Positions 27,332 through 29,642 of a DNA stretch of 29,642 bases are shown here, in pieces (within the stretch, counting starts at the first letter, position 1; every line of letters starts with the position of its first letter). The notes beneath the pieces are model-generated. The model had not been told where the DNA came from and searched no databases. It was given only the letters and a program-made list of their open reading frames with translations. Position numbers and translations under genes: made by a program. This DNA is from Candidatus Thorarchaeota archaeon (GTDB taxonomy: Archaea; Asgardarchaeota; Thorarchaeia; Thorarchaeales; Thorarchaeaceae), in assembly GCA_046758445.1 (NCBI GenBank), contig JBHIAE010000034.1:1-29642 (forward strand). Reading direction: 5' to 3'.

Positions 27332-28486
27332 ATGTCAAAGACGAAGACTAAGACGAAGAAAAGGAAGAGGCTACATTCCGACTACAAGCGCTTCCTAGAG
27401 GAGCAGTCAGTCAAGGACTCCACACTCAATATGATGAGGTCGATCCTCAGAAACTTCCCGCCACCGAGGGACCTGAATGCGAAGTGGTTTAGGGAACGAA
27501 CAAAGAAGGCGAGTGCCTTCACCATCAAGAAAGAGTTTGGTCTGGCAAGACGAGTCCTGACCTACTTGGAACTTGAGAACGATCTGGACAAGTTCAAACT
27601 TCCAAGACGGGAGGACGCCGTGACTGTCGGGGACCTATACACCGAGAAGGAACTGAACGCGATATTCAAGGCTACCATAGACACTCGTGACCGTGCACTC
27701 CTGAAGACTCTCTTTGAGTCTGCCTGTCGTGCTTCAGAGATTCTAAGTATGACCCATGAGAATCTCGCATGGGAAGAGGACGATCTAGTTGTAGCAATCG
27801 TTAGTGGCAAGACAGGAACGCGCGAGGTCTATCTCAAGGAGTCCGTGCCAGCACTCAAGAGGTGGATCGACGTTCACCCCATTGGGTCTGGACCCGTTTG
27901 GGTCAGTCTGAGGGCACCACATCAGGCCATGTCCTATGGCAACCTACATCATATAGTGAAGATCGCCGTTGAGCGAGCAGGACTGAAGAGGCCCAAGAAG
28001 AAGCTCGTCCATATGTTCAGACATACTCGAATCACGGAGTTTGTCAAGATGGGCATCCGTGGTCAGATGTTATCCAAGCTTGTGGGTTGGTCCAAGAAGT
28101 CAGACATGGAGTCGGTGTATGTTCATCTTGCAACAAGTGACGTAAAGAATGAAGTGAGAGAGAAGGCCTTTGGAATGGTGAAAGAAAGACCGACCAAACC
28201 TTTGTTGACTTCGACAAAGTGTCCAAGGTGTGGAGCTGAGAATGATAACAGTTCTGTGGTCTGCGATAAGTGTAACATGCCACTGAGCGATGATGCGATT
28301 GTCAGGGGACTGTCGAAGGATGATAGGATCGCAGAACTGGAAGCAAAACTGGACAAGATGAGCGAGTTGGTCTGGCAGCTCTACGATCGGGCGGAGTGGA
28401 CCGAGGAAGAGAAGGCCGAGGCAGCTCTACCACTGTCCAAGAAATACTTGACGAAGAGGAAGAGGTCAAGTGACAAGGGCGACTAG
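27332..28486 (+). CDS. Tyrosine recombinase/integrase with C-terminal zinc ribbon
   Basis: Catalytic set CRASE (R), GKTG (K), HMFRH (HxxR), LVGW and VYVH (Y). C-terminal CPRC...CDKC. TTATATA box near 27290. Confidence 0.92.
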   Translation: MSKTKTKTKKRKRLHSDYKRFLEEQSVKDSTLNMMRSILRNFPPPRDLNAKWFRERTKKASAFTIKKEFGLARRVLTYLELENDLDKFKLPRREDAVTVGDLYTEKELNAIFKATIDTRDRALLKTLFESACRASEILSMTHENLAWEEDDLVVAIVSGKTGTREVYLKESVPALKRWIDVHPIGSGPVWVSLRAPHQAMSYGNLHHIVKIAVERAGLKRPKKKLVHMFRHTRITEFVKMGIRGQMLSKLVGWSKKSDMESVYVHLATSDVKNEVREKAFGMVKERPTKPLLTSTKCPRCGAENDNSSVVCDKCNMPLSDDAIVRGLSKDDRIAELEAKLDKMSELVWQLYDRAEWTEEEKAEAALPLSKKYLTKRKRSSDKGD

Positions 28487-28585
28487 TCGCCCTGCTCCTG
28501 AATGTCTTTATCCAAACACTTCCCTAATTGGTTAGATGATGACCGCGGCACTATAGTGCCGTTGTCAGAGCATTCAACAAGAAGA

Positions 28586-28744
28586 TTAAGCGTCCTTGGC
28601 CGTTTTCTCTTCTTTCTCTAGTTTTTCCCGGATAGAAGTTCTCACGAATTCTGAAAACGAAACATAGCTCTTTCTCCCCCTGATCTTCTCAAACCTACGC
28701 ACAAACTCTCGTGGGATTCTCACACTGGTTTCGTCTTCGGACAA
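28586..28744 (-). CDS. Ribbon-helix-helix (CopG/Arc-like) DNA-binding protein
   Basis: TSVRIPREFVRRFEKI...YVSFSEFVRTSIREKL is an RHH pattern. TTG start inferred at 28744. Confidence 0.7.
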   Translation of the reverse strand: MSEDETSVRIPREFVRRFEKIRGRKSYVSFSEFVRTSIREKLEKEEKTAKDA

Positions 28745-28928
28745 GTGCAAGGGTTTCGAGAGGACACCTGCGGTCTTTGTAGACGATACTGACTTCGCTG
28801 ATGGCATCAGCGAGAATCTGGAAGAAGGTGAATAGACAGGAGGCAAGCTTGCTCAGGTTAATAAGCCAAGATGAAGCAGAACGTATGAAATCGGTCATTT
28901 CGGTTGGAGTGTCGGTGGAGTATCAGCG

Positions 28929-29642
28929 TTGAGCGGAGAAGAAGGATGGTTTGGAAGACTCAAGAGAAGATACCGAGAGATGAGCATGTCGAGCCGCTGG
29001 TATGCGGCTTCTGTATTGTTGCTCATCATACCTGCGATACTAGTGTTTGCCTTTCAGGTGCAGGCCCCAACTTCGAGTGATGTTACGTTCAGCGAGTTTA
29101 TGTCGTTCCATGTCATGGCAACTCTTCTATGGATTTCCGCCATGTTCCTCATTAGGGGACACACGGATTCATTGGAAGAAGCCTCTAGGGAGATGTCTAA
29201 GATTCCACAGACATCACCTGCCACGACGAGCACCAGATACAAGCTCCAAGTTGAATGGTTACATGCAAGATCAGACAATCTGGACAGTGTAAGAAGTAAT
29301 CTTTGGAATGGAACCTATCTGTTCTTTGCGGTCGGCTCCGCGTTTGTTGTGGCCCTGTTCAGTATTGACATACAGCCACCCATCACGAAGTTGATGCTGC
29401 TCATCGCCAGTAGCGTTCTAGCGCTAGGTGCACTGGTTTCTGTCATCTTCTCCTTCACAGACATTTCAGGCAGATATCCTGGGATTGTCTTAAGTGATGG
29501 ACTGCTACCAACAGAATCCACTGAACAGGAGTACCAGACGCAGCTAGAGAGCACAATCGGCGCGAAGGAAGAAACGCTCTCCAAGATGCGACAGACACTT
29601 GGCTTGGGTTTCCTTGATCTAGCATTGCACCATTGTTTACAG
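28929..29642 (+). CDS. Hypothetical polytopic membrane protein (3'-partial; absent from the ORF track)
   Basis: I translated this frame manually. It is open from TTG 28929 (after GGTGGAG) to the window end: LSGEEGWFGRLKRRYREMSMSSRWYAASVLLLIIPAILVFAF..., with at least 4 hydrophobic helices. Confidence 0.7.
   Translation, partial: MSGEEGWFGRLKRRYREMSMSSRWYAASVLLLIIPAILVFAFQVQAPTSSDVTFSEFMSFHVMATLLWISAMFLIRGHTDSLEEASREMSKIPQTSPATTSTRYKLQVEWLHARSDNLDSVRSNLWNGTYLFFAVGSAFVVALFSIDIQPPITKLMLLIASSVLALGALVSVIFSFTDISGRYPGIVLSDGLLPTESTEQEYQTQLESTIGAKEETLSKMRQTLGLGFLDLALHHCLQ

Larger units (their letters stand above)
27332..29642. mobile_element. Probable left part of an integrative element or genomic island
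   Basis: Integrase followed by an RHH protein and an unrecognised membrane protein, after a run of housekeeping genes. No att site was identified. Confidence 0.45.

Overview
Gene-dense archaeal chromosomal segment, most consistent with an Asgard archaeon (Thorarchaeota-like, by inference). Supporting signs are archaeal-type PheS/PheT and aRF1, a Rab-like small GTPase, a PCI/winged-helix + Zn-ribbon protein and GGTGA/GGAGG ribosome-binding sites. Other genes include a D-TA/DSD1-family PLP enzyme, USP, CLC antiporter, S8 protease, Ino1-like protein, VTT/DedA, CBS and AlaX. A probable integrative element begins at the right end (tyrosine recombinase, RHH protein, membrane protein). The strongest novelty candidate is at 1695-7104: an RRE(PqqD)-radical SAM-SPASM maturase faces a DUF2207-like single-pass membrane protein whose cytoplasmic C-terminus is a 49-aa tail with 11 Cys and 9 His in CHSA repeats, followed by a HExxH metallopeptidase. 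This suggests a RiPP-like modification system acting on a membrane-tethered substrate. Other candidates are a Cas4-like nuclease split into two membrane-anchored, translationally coupled halves, and a ~200-250 nt structured noncoding element directly upstream of a small HNH endonuclease. No tRNA, rRNA or CRISPR array was seen. All calls come from reading motifs by eye; no searches were run.
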